From assembly GCA_028023455.1 (NCBI GenBank), contig JAQFVV010000005.1, positions 17,484,001 to 17,548,000 on the forward strand: a stretch of DNA of 64,000 nucleotides, given 5' to 3'. Positions 52,660 to 64,000 of the stretch are shown in pieces. Below the pieces are notes generated by a model. It was given only the letters and a program-made list of their open reading frames with translations. It had not been told where the DNA came from and ran no database searches. A program made the translations under genes and the position numbers. The first letter of the stretch is position 1, and every line of letters begins with the position of its first letter. The stretch comes from Epiperipatus broadwayi. Taxonomy: Eukaryota > Animalia > Onychophora.

Positions 52660-53305
52660 GAGACTGTAATATATGCATTTTAAATTAAACGTACATACGA
52701 AAGTGTCTTATTCTATAATATTATTTTATTGTTAAATCTTTAAATTTTGCTACTAATATTTTAATCATAGATGTTAGCTTGAAATGCAATCAATTGTAAC
52801 AAACTAATTAAACAGATAACGAAGGAATTTAATTAGCAAAACCCAATTTAATTAAATCCCACCTTAATTTATAAGAGTTACTCCAGAAAACAAAAGAAAG
52901 CAAACAGATAAAGGGGGCCATTTTGAAAAGATCAACAGAGTGAGTACAGAGCGTTTTCAGTGAATTCGAGCAGAGCATCCGTTGCAAGAAAACAGCGTGG
53001 GAATTGTGAATTACCCTCATTGAGAAAGGAGAGAAGTTAGACGTAGAAACTATACGTTCAGAATTATAGTGTGAGTATTCGTTATCGTGTGTACATAGTG
53101 TACTTTTCTAACACAGCTCGGCGGTAATCAGAACTTTGTATAAACTGTAAATTAGTGAACATTGAACTGTTTTGACAATTAAACTAACTAGTTCGCAAAT
53201 TAACTTTTCTGTGCAGTAATTGAAGAATCAATATACTGCAATCTGGCACAGTCAAATTAGTTGAACCTAAAAAACCACAGTGAATAACCAGCTATTAATA
53301 AGAAA

Positions 53306-54130
53306 ATGTCAGTTTTCGGACAAAACTCTATTGGAGAGTTCGACATGGAAAACGCGGCCAATTGGCCACTATACCTTATAGAAAATTTCTTCATTTTAAA
53401 TGGCATTGAAAACAACAAGTGGAAAGTAGCTGCCCTCTTATGTTTCTCGAGAAAAAAAATGATTGAAATCATCAATAAATTATACCAAAATCCCGTAGAT
53501 GAGAATGTACCATTTAAGGAATTATCCCAACGGCTAAACAAATTTTTTAGCCCTCGCCCTTCCCGCCATATAGCACGCCTACAGTTACAAAATAGAAAAC
53601 AACTAAATAGTGAAACAATCAAACAATATAATTTAGCACTCAAGGAGCTAGCAAAAGATTGTGTGTATGGTGATTTCATAGAAGAAATATTATTAGATCA
53701 ACTGCTATGGGGAATGTCTGACGACAGGCTCAGACAACATCTGTTAACAGAGGCAGACCTAACCTACGAAAGCGCTATAAAGAAAGAAATAATGTATGAG
53801 CTAATTCTAGAACAGGCGCAGGCCTTCAGATCAAAAGATAAAAGTTACGAGTAAGTTTTCAAAACCGATAAAGCAGAAATACGTTCGTTTCAACGGGAAC
53901 CCCAGAGAAATAACAAAATTAAATGCTACTGCTGTGGTAAAACAGGCCACATAGCTAAAGACTGCAAATGGAAACAAGAAATGTGATTCAAATGCCGAAC
54001 TAAGGGCCACCTTGCACGTGCGTGCAGACAATCACCAGAAAGGGATGGTCGACAAAGGAAATATAGTCCAGACACAAATGGTAGAGCATATAGTATTAAA
54101 TATATATCTACCAAAGGGGAAAGAGATAGG
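53306..54130 (+). pseudogene. gag: Gypsy-type gag with two CCHC zinc knuckles (53924-53965 and 53984-54025)
   Basis: Gag capsid-like pattern (F..NGI...K...LL; F.EL..RL..FF.P; RKQ..SETI.QY...LKELA.DC.YG), then CYCCGKTGHIAKDC and *FKCRTKGHLARAC. Premature stops at 53852-53854 and 53984-53986, all in one frame. Confidence 0.88.
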
Positions 54131-54701
54131 ACCATTTTGCAAGCACAAACAGAGATCATTAAATTACAAAATCAATTTGAAGATGATCGGAAAGACTCGG
54201 AACAGAAGCAGTGTAAAGAGCAAGATTCTCCGAAAGAGCAACTCCAGATTTACATACAGATGATAGATATGTTGGTCGCAGAAAAAACAGCTGCAATCAT
54301 CCCTAGCACAAAGTCAGCAGGCCATAAAACAGAAATCAGCTAAACTCGAAGAATTTCAAGGAAGATTGAAGGTTTCTAGACAACGTGTAATAGAACTTGA
54401 AAAACAAAACTCAGAACTTAGTGAAAAATTGCAAAGTAAGCTCGCAATGTCAGAATTATCTGCACAGGTAGAGAGTTGGCAGCTCTATGAAATGGAGCCA
54501 CAAGAAAAAATGGCCGAAAGTGAAAATGAATTAGACATTTCCGAAGATTTTTTAGAAGAGTGGCAATCTTTAACCAGTGAGCTGCCAGATACAAAAACTG
54601 TAGAGCAGGGAAAAAATCAGACTCTCTCAAAGCAGGAGAAAAAGGCACTCAGGGCGGCAAGGAAAAAGAATTTGCACAAATTTCAAGGTTACATCTGTTA
54701 A
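54131..54701 (+). pseudogene. In-frame C-terminal extension including a Golgin A2 (GM130)-like coiled-coil segment at about 54137-54465
   Basis: Restoring 2 nt at about 54290 gives KEQLQIYIQMIDMLVAEKTELQSSLAQSQQAIKQKSAKLEEFQGRLKVSRQRVIELEK. This closely follows the conserved GM130 segment (human, from memory: [57 protein letters not shown]). Confidence 0.8.
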
Positions 54702-55376
54702 TCGTAAAAATAAAGTTTTACTCCAGTTTGGGAAAAGAAAAAATAAAGCACTGAGGAGTCGCATTATGGGGTTTTCTGGAGTAAGGGGAGGTATTGTAAT
54801 ATATGCATTTTAAATTAAACGTACATACGAAAATGTCTTATTCTAAAATATTATTTTATTGTTAAATCTTTAAATTTTGCTACTAATATTTTAATAATAG
54901 ACATTAGCTTAAAATGCAATCAATTGTAACAAACTAATTAAACAGATAACGAAGGAATTTAATTAGCAAAACCCAATTTAATTAAATCCCACCTTAATTT
55001 ATAAGAGTTACTCCAGAAAACAAAAGAAAGCAAACAGATAAAAGGGGGCCATTTTGAAAAGATCAACAGAGTGAATACAGAGCATTTTCAGTGAATTCGA
55101 GCAGAGCATCCGTTACAAGAAAACAGCGTGGGAATTGCGAATTACCCTCATTGAGAAAGAAGAGAAGTTAGACGTAGAAACTATACATTCAGAATTATAG
55201 TGCGGGTATTCGTTATCATGTGTACATAGTGTATTTTTCTAACACAGCTCGACAGTAATCAGAACTTTGTATAAACTGTAAATTAGTGAACATCGAACTG
55301 TTTTGACAATTAAACTAACTAGTTCGCAAATTAACTTTTCTGTGCAATAATTGAAGAATCAATATACTGCAGAGAC

Positions 55377-56600
55377 CAGTTAACAAAATCAAAGGTTACA
55401 CTTGTATACATAGAATAACCAATTAATTTCATGTCAATTACATTAAGACATTAGTTATCACCAGAAATTGAAGGCATATAACTTCCCATTCCAGAAATCA
55501 TAGTTGTGGCCCATTTACATTAATCTGATCATGTATCTCACATATATGACGATGTTAGTCAATTCAAACACATATAAGTTTGTTTAATTTACGAACATGT
55601 AGACAATGATTAAAACCATATTTAGCCATTTAGTCTATAGAGCTTTATCTTACCAAGTTTACGTTTATGTAATATAAGAAAAAATTCATTTGAACAGTTC
55701 TATGTGATCTAAATGTACTCTCTGCCAGGCTCTAACAGTCTCACATTTTAAATATAGTTCTCTAAATTTGAATACATCCTGGCCACCAAACATATTCATG
55801 GATTAGTCCTTTGGAATGGACTATTCAGGCATATATGAGATGGATTAGGACCATGATTTTTTCTCTTCATCACGCCGGAATGCTCATCACATTTATAATG
55901 CATCTATTAACAATGGACAGCTAGATGATCATGTGTATTTCACAATGCTTGCATTAATTATTTTTGGTATTGATTCAGCCCGTCTAACCATAACTATTTT
56001 ATCAACTGGTTATATTCATTATTCACTTTCATCTAGTCTGTGACTACCTTACTATTAAATGTTCTGGACTCCATGATAGCTATATAATTAACAAATAAAA
56101 TCTTTATATGGTTCATCTTTGTCAAACAGCCATAATAATGTATCTGCATATATAACTGGGGTTCTCTTTTTGTATTCTAATTTATATTCATACAGTGAAA
56201 GAATGTTATTCTAGTGTATCATATATGGGTTTATATGATTTGGTAGAGATTTTTTTCTCCAATGTATCCAAGTAGAGTTTATTAGCCATTATTAACTTAA
56301 AATCCTTTTCATATAAATACTTGTGAATTTTTTTCAATTCAAAAAATTACTATCACGGCTATAGTTTTGCTTAACTTTTGACAAACTTCTTGATGTATAT
56401 AACATGATCTTTATTCCTCTTCCATCAACTTTGTTAATACTGCTATCATTCTATACTCAAGTGCAGCTAACATCAATATGGTGATATGACTTTCATCAAA
56501 TTGTACTAGAACTATGCTTACATTAGCAGTATTTTTGTGCCCAGGAAAGCCTTATTCTGAATTCAACCCTATTATTTGTAAACTCAGTTTGTTTCTTTAT
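55377..56600 (-). pseudogene. Old Ty3/Gypsy pol relic (RNase H and integrase zinc-binding domain), right part
   Basis: VLVQFD...TSRSLSKVKQNYS...KIHKYLYEKDF...YEYKLEYK...YADTL (RNase H) and KGLIHEYVWWPG (H2C2 region). Many stops. Confidence 0.72.
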
Positions 56601-56744
56601 TCAAGCAAAATTTTGAAATCAAGTTCTTAATATATTTATATCAAATGGAATTCTTTCAAATTTTGAATATGTGTTATAAATCTATGACAATGAAATGTTT
56701 CAGATTAGACTCCTAATTTTCAGGGATGCATTTGAGAAAGTGGT

Positions 56745-57750
56745 ATCATCATCATCATCATTATCAACCATTATCAATCCACTGCAGGATGAAGGTCTCT
56801 CCAAGTTTAATCCATCTCTCTGATCTTTAGCTTCTCTTCTCCACATCACCCCTACACATTTTCTTATTTCATCCATCCATCTTACATGTGGTCTCCTTCT
56901 GGGTCTTTTACAATCTCTTGGAATCCAGTTTAAAATTTCAATTGTCCATCTATTATCATCTCTTCTAGCAATATGTCCAGCCCAACTCCACTTCAATCTT
57001 TTAATTTTTTCAATGAGGTCAGTAACACCTGTTTGTTCTCTTACCCATACATTGCGTTTTCGATCTCTTCTTGTTACTCCCAACATACATCTCTCCATAC
57101 TTCTTTGAGTGGTCTGAAGTCTCTGTATTGATCTTCTATTAAGTGTCCAAGTCTCAGATCCATAAGTAAGAACTGGTAAAACACATTTGTTAAAAACTTT
57201 TCTTTTCAAACACATAGGCATATTTCCTTTTAATATCAAGTTATTTCTACCAAAAGTACTCCAACCAAGTTTAATTCTATGATTAATTTCCTCTATTATG
57301 TTTCCATCTGTATTAATAATCTGACCAAGGTATTTGTAACTCTTAACTCCTTCTAATTCATCATAATCAATCTTTATTTTCATATTTTGAGCAAATCGAT
57401 TAAACATTACTTTAGTCTTTTTAACATTTATCTTTTTAGTCGTACTTTCCTACTTTCATCTGATAACTCCTGCAACATTTCCTGCAGCTCGGAAGCATTA
57501 TTTGCAAAAACAACTACATCATCTGTGAAATCTAAATGACTTAAATAATCTCCATTTACTTTCACTCCTTTAGTTTCCCATTTTAATCCACAAAATACTT
57601 CTTGCAGCACTACTGTAAAAAGTTTTGGAGATATGGAGTCACCTTGTCTTACACCTTTCTCAATGTTGACTTTCCCAGTATCATTATGTAATCTAATTGT
57701 TGCTGTTGCATTTTTATAAATATTCTTTAAAATATGACAATATCCTATAT
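56745..57750 (-). mobile_element. 5'-truncated RTE-clade LINE (RT domains and C-terminus) with a (GAT)n tail
   Basis: KGVRQGDSISPKLF, HLDFTDDVV, YKYLG, LTYGSETW and KWSWAGHIAR motifs. One frameshift near 57430. ATC repeats at 56745-56762. Confidence 0.92.
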
Positions 57751-59805
57751 ATATATATTTAAAAAGGCATAAATTACAAAGTATTTTGGTGATCAATTAA
57801 AATAGATATAAAAACAAACTTTGATTTCTCTGTATATGTTTCCTTTTTTAAAAAAAATATATGGGATTTTATTTGCTCCTTGATTGTAAAAGTTGATTTT
57901 TTTAAAAAAATACCTTCTAAATGAACAAAACAATAATATGAATAATGTTTAATAAGTGCAATTATGTTAAAAGTTTCTGTTTCCATTCTAGATATGGATA
58001 GACAAGTAAGTATATCAAAATATTTGTGTGTGTGTGTGTATATATATATACAGTAAAGATAAAGGTACTCAAAAAGAATAATAAAAATTGATTTTTATTA
58101 AAGTAAAAACAAAGAAACAATTTGATTGTATATCGTATTAAAGCTATATATATATGTTGGAGAAAATGATATAGATTGAAAAAAATAATAAAAAAATAAA
58201 ATAATTGAATGATAACTTTCAAATACTTGAGAAATATAGGTAGGAGATTTAGAGAAGTCATATATAAGATAATATGTAGGACCAATTATCTTAAGACAAA
58301 TAGGGAATAATGATATGATGCATATAGATGCAAAATCAGAACAAAACAAGGTCAAAACATTGTTATAAATGGAAATAGAATATAAAAATGAATAACCATA
58401 TTTATTAAAATGATGTGACACAAACTAAAGATATAAAAAACGAATTACATAAATAAAATATTATATTGAAATATATTTAATAATCTAGCATTAAAAATTA
58501 GCTTGATTTATGTTTTTTTTTTTTTTGTTCATTCAGTTTCATAAACTGATTCTTGCACAGATAACAATTCATTCTCTTCTTGTTGAATGTTATCAACTTT
58601 TCCTTTCAATTCTCACAATATCATTATACATTTTAATTCGGATAAAAATCCATTTATTCATTTCTGATTGCTCTTAAGAAATTTCCTATTAATTTTTATA
58701 GTTTTTTTTTTTTCACAATGAGTTCAGTAGAGGTTGCCTTGATGCTCTGATTTATAAATATATATATTAGCAAAATCAGACAAATAACTAAATATATATA
58801 TAAACATAAAAACATAAAGATTATTAAAGTATAAAGTAATACAAATATATATTAACTATAGCATAGAAATATATGATTATTATAAGAAATAAATTATATA
58901 AAATAAGTAACATTATTTAAAAAAGTAATAGCAATAACGAATAAAAACTATTAATTAAAAATGGCAAAAAAATAAAGAATTTTTAGGAAAAAGTACATAA
59001 ATTGTATTAAAGAAATAGGGTTAGAAATATAGAAAGCAATGGTTAGTAAGAACTGTAAATACATGCAAGCTATTAGCAGAACAAAACACAAACAAAACAC
59101 ACATGCGTGACTGAAAACCATCCTCAATAAATTACAGGATACCACAACACCAATTGGAGGGCAACTCAGGAGATATAATAAAACAAAACATTAGACAAGA
59201 AAATTTCAGTTCGGCACTTGCAAAAAAAATGGCCTAAGCACTCGCTCAAAACAATTCATGAATAATAATATCCCAAGTTTTTTTTAAAAGTACATTTTGA
59301 AAGATATAAAAATCAAAAAAAATTAAAAAAAAAAAAGAGATACAAATATTTGATTATATGAACCAATACAACATACAGTCATTGAGGAATTTGTTTCATA
59401 TATAGAAAATGTAAAAAAAAAAACATAACATTAAATTACATCAATTAATAGTAGTTAAAATTTTCTCAAGTTTATTTTGTCAATAGAAAATAAAACAAGA
59501 CATAACTTTCTCAGCTTATGCTTAAATGTGTTTTTTTTTTTTTTCATTGCATTCCAGTCCCATATATTGTATGTTTGATAAATCAATCATTCTCACCAAA
59601 TGGAGAAAGGGACTAAAATTAATATAAAGTTGTGGTCATTAAAATATATAGTTGTTGCCCTACAATCAAATTTATATTATTTTGCAAATGAATTGGTGTG
59701 AACTCAAAGCCTTGGAGTTTTAAAACTTCGGGAAATTACCATAATAAAATAAAGATGGTTCTTTTATTTATAAAATGCATTAGGATCATCTTTGAATCCT
59801 CAGTT

Positions 59806-59841
59806 CTCACTGATGAGGCAATAGTTAGAAACTGATCTGAG
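59806..59841 (+). ncRNA. Minimal type I hammerhead motif, slightly decayed
   Basis: CTCA CTGATGA GGC-AATA-GTTA GAAA CTGA TC TGAG. Stem I is intact; stems II and III are weakened. Confidence 0.6.
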
Positions 59842-60198
59842 CATGTGGAAATATTAATATTGCCATCTAGTGTCCAATAACTCTATAAGTTTACAATAGA
59901 TGGTTCTATAGTAGGTAAAGCAAACTGCTCTTGAAAGTATGTAGACATTTATTTAAAAAAATGTAATAAAAATATTGCTGTTTTACTTTAATATATGTTA
60001 CATCATCTGAGAAAAAATATTTAGAACTTGAATAGACTACTATTAATCTGAATATCACTAATTCAAAAACTTCTAGCTCTTAAACAAAATTATAAGTATT
60101 ATTTTGATTTATTGTTTTAATTACCATCAATAAAAATTTTGTATTTAATGCCAAAACAAGGGTATTCTGTATTTTAAAATGTTATATTATTATTGATA

Positions 60199-60285
60199 AT
60201 ATATATATATATCTTCTACAAAAAGTATTTCAATGTATATAATATATATATATATCTTCTACAAAAAGTATTTCAATGTATATAT
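60199..60285. repeat. ~42-bp tandem duplication
   Basis: aatatatatatatatcttctacaaaaagtatttcaatgtata occurs twice. Confidence 0.8.
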
Positions 60286-60717
60286 AAACTATAGATAATA
60301 AAATTAAGGTTTATTTAAATTTTCAGCAAAGCTTTGGTTTATAATGAGAAAGAAAGGTTTTTTTGTTGAAATCTGAAAAATTTACAAATCCAAATAAAAC
60401 CTTGGAATTGAAGGATTTTGGATTAATGGTAGTCTATCTATATAAAGAAGAAATAAAACATCCTTAAACTTAATACCAAACTAGAAATAAAAAAAAACAG
60501 TAGATAAGTAGGTAGATATTAATCATTACACTGCATGATATTCAAAGCACAAACTTACAGATAAGATAAAAAGTAAATAATCAAATGGTTTTATTGCTCA
60601 AGAGCTTATAAGATGTTCAAGTGCCAGAATTGGAATCAATTAAAGGACAGTACAATACAGATTCTGACACTTAATCACTGTACGAAACCCTAGAGGGAAA
60701 CTTACATACAATAAGAT

Positions 60718-61160
60718 TACAAAAAAATAAAGTCAGATGTCATGTGACCTAATTTAACAAGCTTATATTACAAATGTTATATATAGAGCTTGCAAATAAG
60801 CTCTTAACAAGTTTTGCAGAATATCCCCAACCCCAGACCGGTTTCTGTTACTGGCTTCCTCAGTGAGGTCTAGGATATTCAAGTATTAGATTAAAAATAT
60901 CAGGACAAGCCCAGCACTTTATCTAATGTATAACTATTAAGTAAAAAATCTGAAATTTTCAGACATCCATATGTCTTCCAATCCAGCTATCTAACTTAAA
61001 TAGTTATACATTAGATAAAGTGCTGGGCTTGTCCTGGTATTTTTAATCTAATGCATAAATATCCTAGCACCTCACTGAAGATGCCCTAGCAGACACCGGT
61101 CTGGTGGTTGAGGATATTGTGCAAAGCTTGTTAAGAGCTTATATGTGAGCTCTATATATA
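60718..61160. mobile_element. Older family A Penelope-like insertion with diverged inverted arms and two hammerhead motifs
   Basis: Arms at about 60778-60935 and 61000-61160. Minus 60831-60868 reads CCTCA CTGAGGA AGCCAGTAACA GAAA CCGG TC TGGGG; plus 61070-61106 reads CCTCA CTGAAGA TGC-CCTA-GCA GACA CCGG TC TGG. Confidence 0.72.
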
Positions 61161-62890
61161 ATATAATTATATATGCTTTTATCAAACAAATATCTTTAAT
61201 CTCTTATTTTAAAGTATATATTTATAAATTAATGGGGAAATTAAACAATGGTCTTTTTTTTTCAATTTCCAATAAAACATTTACAGATACAAACCCTCTA
61301 GATTATCCATGCTCAGTTTTTATTACAGTTTTTGCCTTTACTCACTGCATAGAACTAAAGAAGCCATATTGTGAAAATTAACCAGTGACTCCGTGCAATG
61401 GGCAAAAGCAAAAACTAAAATGAAAAGTGAGCATAGAGCACATACTATATTAGTGCCAAATGTACATTTATTTTCAAATTTAAGGAAGATTACTTGATCT
61501 GTTTAATAAGAAACAATAAGACTAACTTCCAATAGTTAATATTGATTCAGGTTTACATAAAAAATATTTTATAAAAATAAAAAACAGCAAATTCTTTTAA
61601 AAGATTAATAGTTATTGCAAATAAATATACTTTATTTTAAAGTAAACATAATGTAAGCAATTATTTAAAAAAATAAACTATTGTGGAATACATATCTATT
61701 TGCATATGAATATTAACAGAAGCCTGTATCTATAGTGGCAGAGTGATAAATGCAAAATCTAAAAATATCCAGATTGAAGCTCAACTATGTCATTTCAGGT
61801 GCTTGATGTCTCATGTTGCACCATTAAAATACTATTAATTTATGATTTTTGGGAATATTCACTTTGTTTGATGCACTTTACCACAGTGTATTTTGAAGCC
61901 AAGAAAAAACTTTCTCATCCAAGTGCAATCCCATATTTTTACAAAAGTAAAATAATAAATAGTTTAAGTTTCATACTTTCTTCAGAGTTTGGAATCATGC
62001 TAACATATCAGCTATTTATAATCCGATTTTTATAAAATTACTGTCCAATAAAAAAATGTCTGGTCAACTTCAAAATTCAAAGCAAAACAGCAGACTAATA
62101 TATCACTCTAGCGAATTTGTGTGGATGTCTTGGTTATGCCAAAATAGTTTACAGCCATAAATCATATGCAAACATTGTCTGTATGTAAAAGTATGTGACC
62201 ATATATATGTGTGTGTATAAATTACATTAGAAGAGCTCTCTGCTTAAACAAACCAATAGAATAACAGCAATCCATTGTCAAGAGAACATTACAATTAGGC
62301 AGTAAATGGTATCCTTTTATTGCTAAATTTTACTGTTGCTTTGACAAGTTTTCTGATATTTTAGTGCTTCTGTTTATGCATGAAGGCTGTTCTGATGTAA
62401 TTTACATATGTATTTCATAAAACATGTTTTTGAAAGCAACAATCTGAGGATGTTATTTTATTGAAATGTCAGAAAATTTACTTTAATATTATTTTATTAA
62501 ACATGGTTGCTCCCAAAACCATGTTTTATAAAACATCTTTTTGCCCATGAGAACATTTATTTCAATATATATAACCACACTACATATTAGTAATTGATAA
62601 TAAATAAAGATTTTTAGTTTACTTCTAGCATGCTGATTAGGTATTGTAAACTTCTGACCCATATAATGATAGTGATTGCATTTGAAATACAAGTTAATTA
62701 AAAGAAATAGCCTGGTTTTAATGTGATCACAATTTATGATATTATGGGTTTACATTTGTTTAGAATTATACTAAAAGCACCATAATTCTGATTAGCTTGT
62801 ACATATACAATGATTACATTTTGTAGTATAGTCTCTCTTACTTTAATGGTTTATATAAAACAAAAAATGAAGATGAGGGTACATAAATAT

Positions 62891-63587
<697 letters not shown>

Positions 63588-63949
63588 AAGAGAGAAAGTA
63601 GACAGAAAAAGTTTTTGATAATAATATCTAAAAAAAAGAAGTATATATCAATAGTCATCAGCAATTTTCAAGTAACTCTGAAACTGTAGCAATTTTATTT
63701 AACAAAGGAGCCATTAACTGTCAGCAATATTCATCTATAAAATAATTGTATTTAATTTTCATAAAAATTATTTTCATTTATTATTAAAATAAATATATCA
63801 CATTATATGATAGCAGAAATAGTTATTCTTATTTGTGTGCACAGCTTTCTTCTTCTTCTTCCTTTTCCTATGTATTGATTTCTACTTTAACCTATCATAC
63901 CATTTACAACTTTCTTAAACACTTTATCAATACTATTTATTTATATCAA

Positions 63950-63988
63950 AACTACAGTTTCGACTGTCCTGCAATCATCATCAGAGCT
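63950..63988 (-). ncRNA. Hammerhead core with good stem II but no stem I
   Basis: CTGATGA T GATTG-CAGGA-CAGTC GAAA CTGTAG TT. The flanks do not pair. Confidence 0.42.
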
Positions 63989-64000
63989 ACAATATTCAAA

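Larger units (their letters stand above)
52665..55371 (+). mobile_element. Pol-less LTR retroelement encoding a Gag-golgin fusion
   Basis: LTRs at 52665-53240 and 54795-55371 (TGTAAT...CTGCA, about 21 differences by eye). TSD GAGAC at 52660-52664 and 55372-55376. PBS-like TGGCACAGTC at about 53244 and PPT AGGGGAGG at about 54784-54791. Confidence 0.92.

Noticed and set aside
53257-54648. Antisense and alternate-frame ORFs over the gag-golgin region
   Set aside because: Shadow ORFs of the real reading frame, with no recognisable motifs.

Overview
Very AT-rich eukaryotic genomic DNA, probably from an arthropod-like invertebrate (the species cannot be determined from the sequence). The only host gene I can support is a minus-strand RIMS-binding protein gene (Rbp/RIM-BP). 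Five phase-compatible coding exons (39228-38925, 19947-19876, 13561-13458, 1101-895, 584-509) encode a coiled coil, a Ser/Pro-rich linker and the first SH3 domain; there are also two candidate microexons. The rest is long intron or upstream sequence full of mobile DNA. Main discoveries: (1) a pol-less LTR retroelement (52665-55371) whose single ancestral ORF fuses a Gypsy-type Gag with two CCHC knuckles in frame to what appears to be a captured host Golgin A2/GM130 coiled-coil segment, inserted into an older Gypsy integrase; (2) a related TRIM-like mini-element (42750-44263) and an old LTR of that family, sharing LTR motifs, PBS/PPT and a pre-PPT/U3 complementarity with the Gag-golgin element; (3) at least 13 minimal type I hammerhead ribozyme motifs from several Penelope-like or retrozyme-like families, in inverted or tandem insertions, including one inverted arm that ends exactly at the predicted self-cleavage site. 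Also present: RTE LINE fragments, tRNA-Gly-derived SINEs and a ~700-bp (GTA)n tract. All alignments and counts were done by eye, and homology calls from memory need database confirmation.
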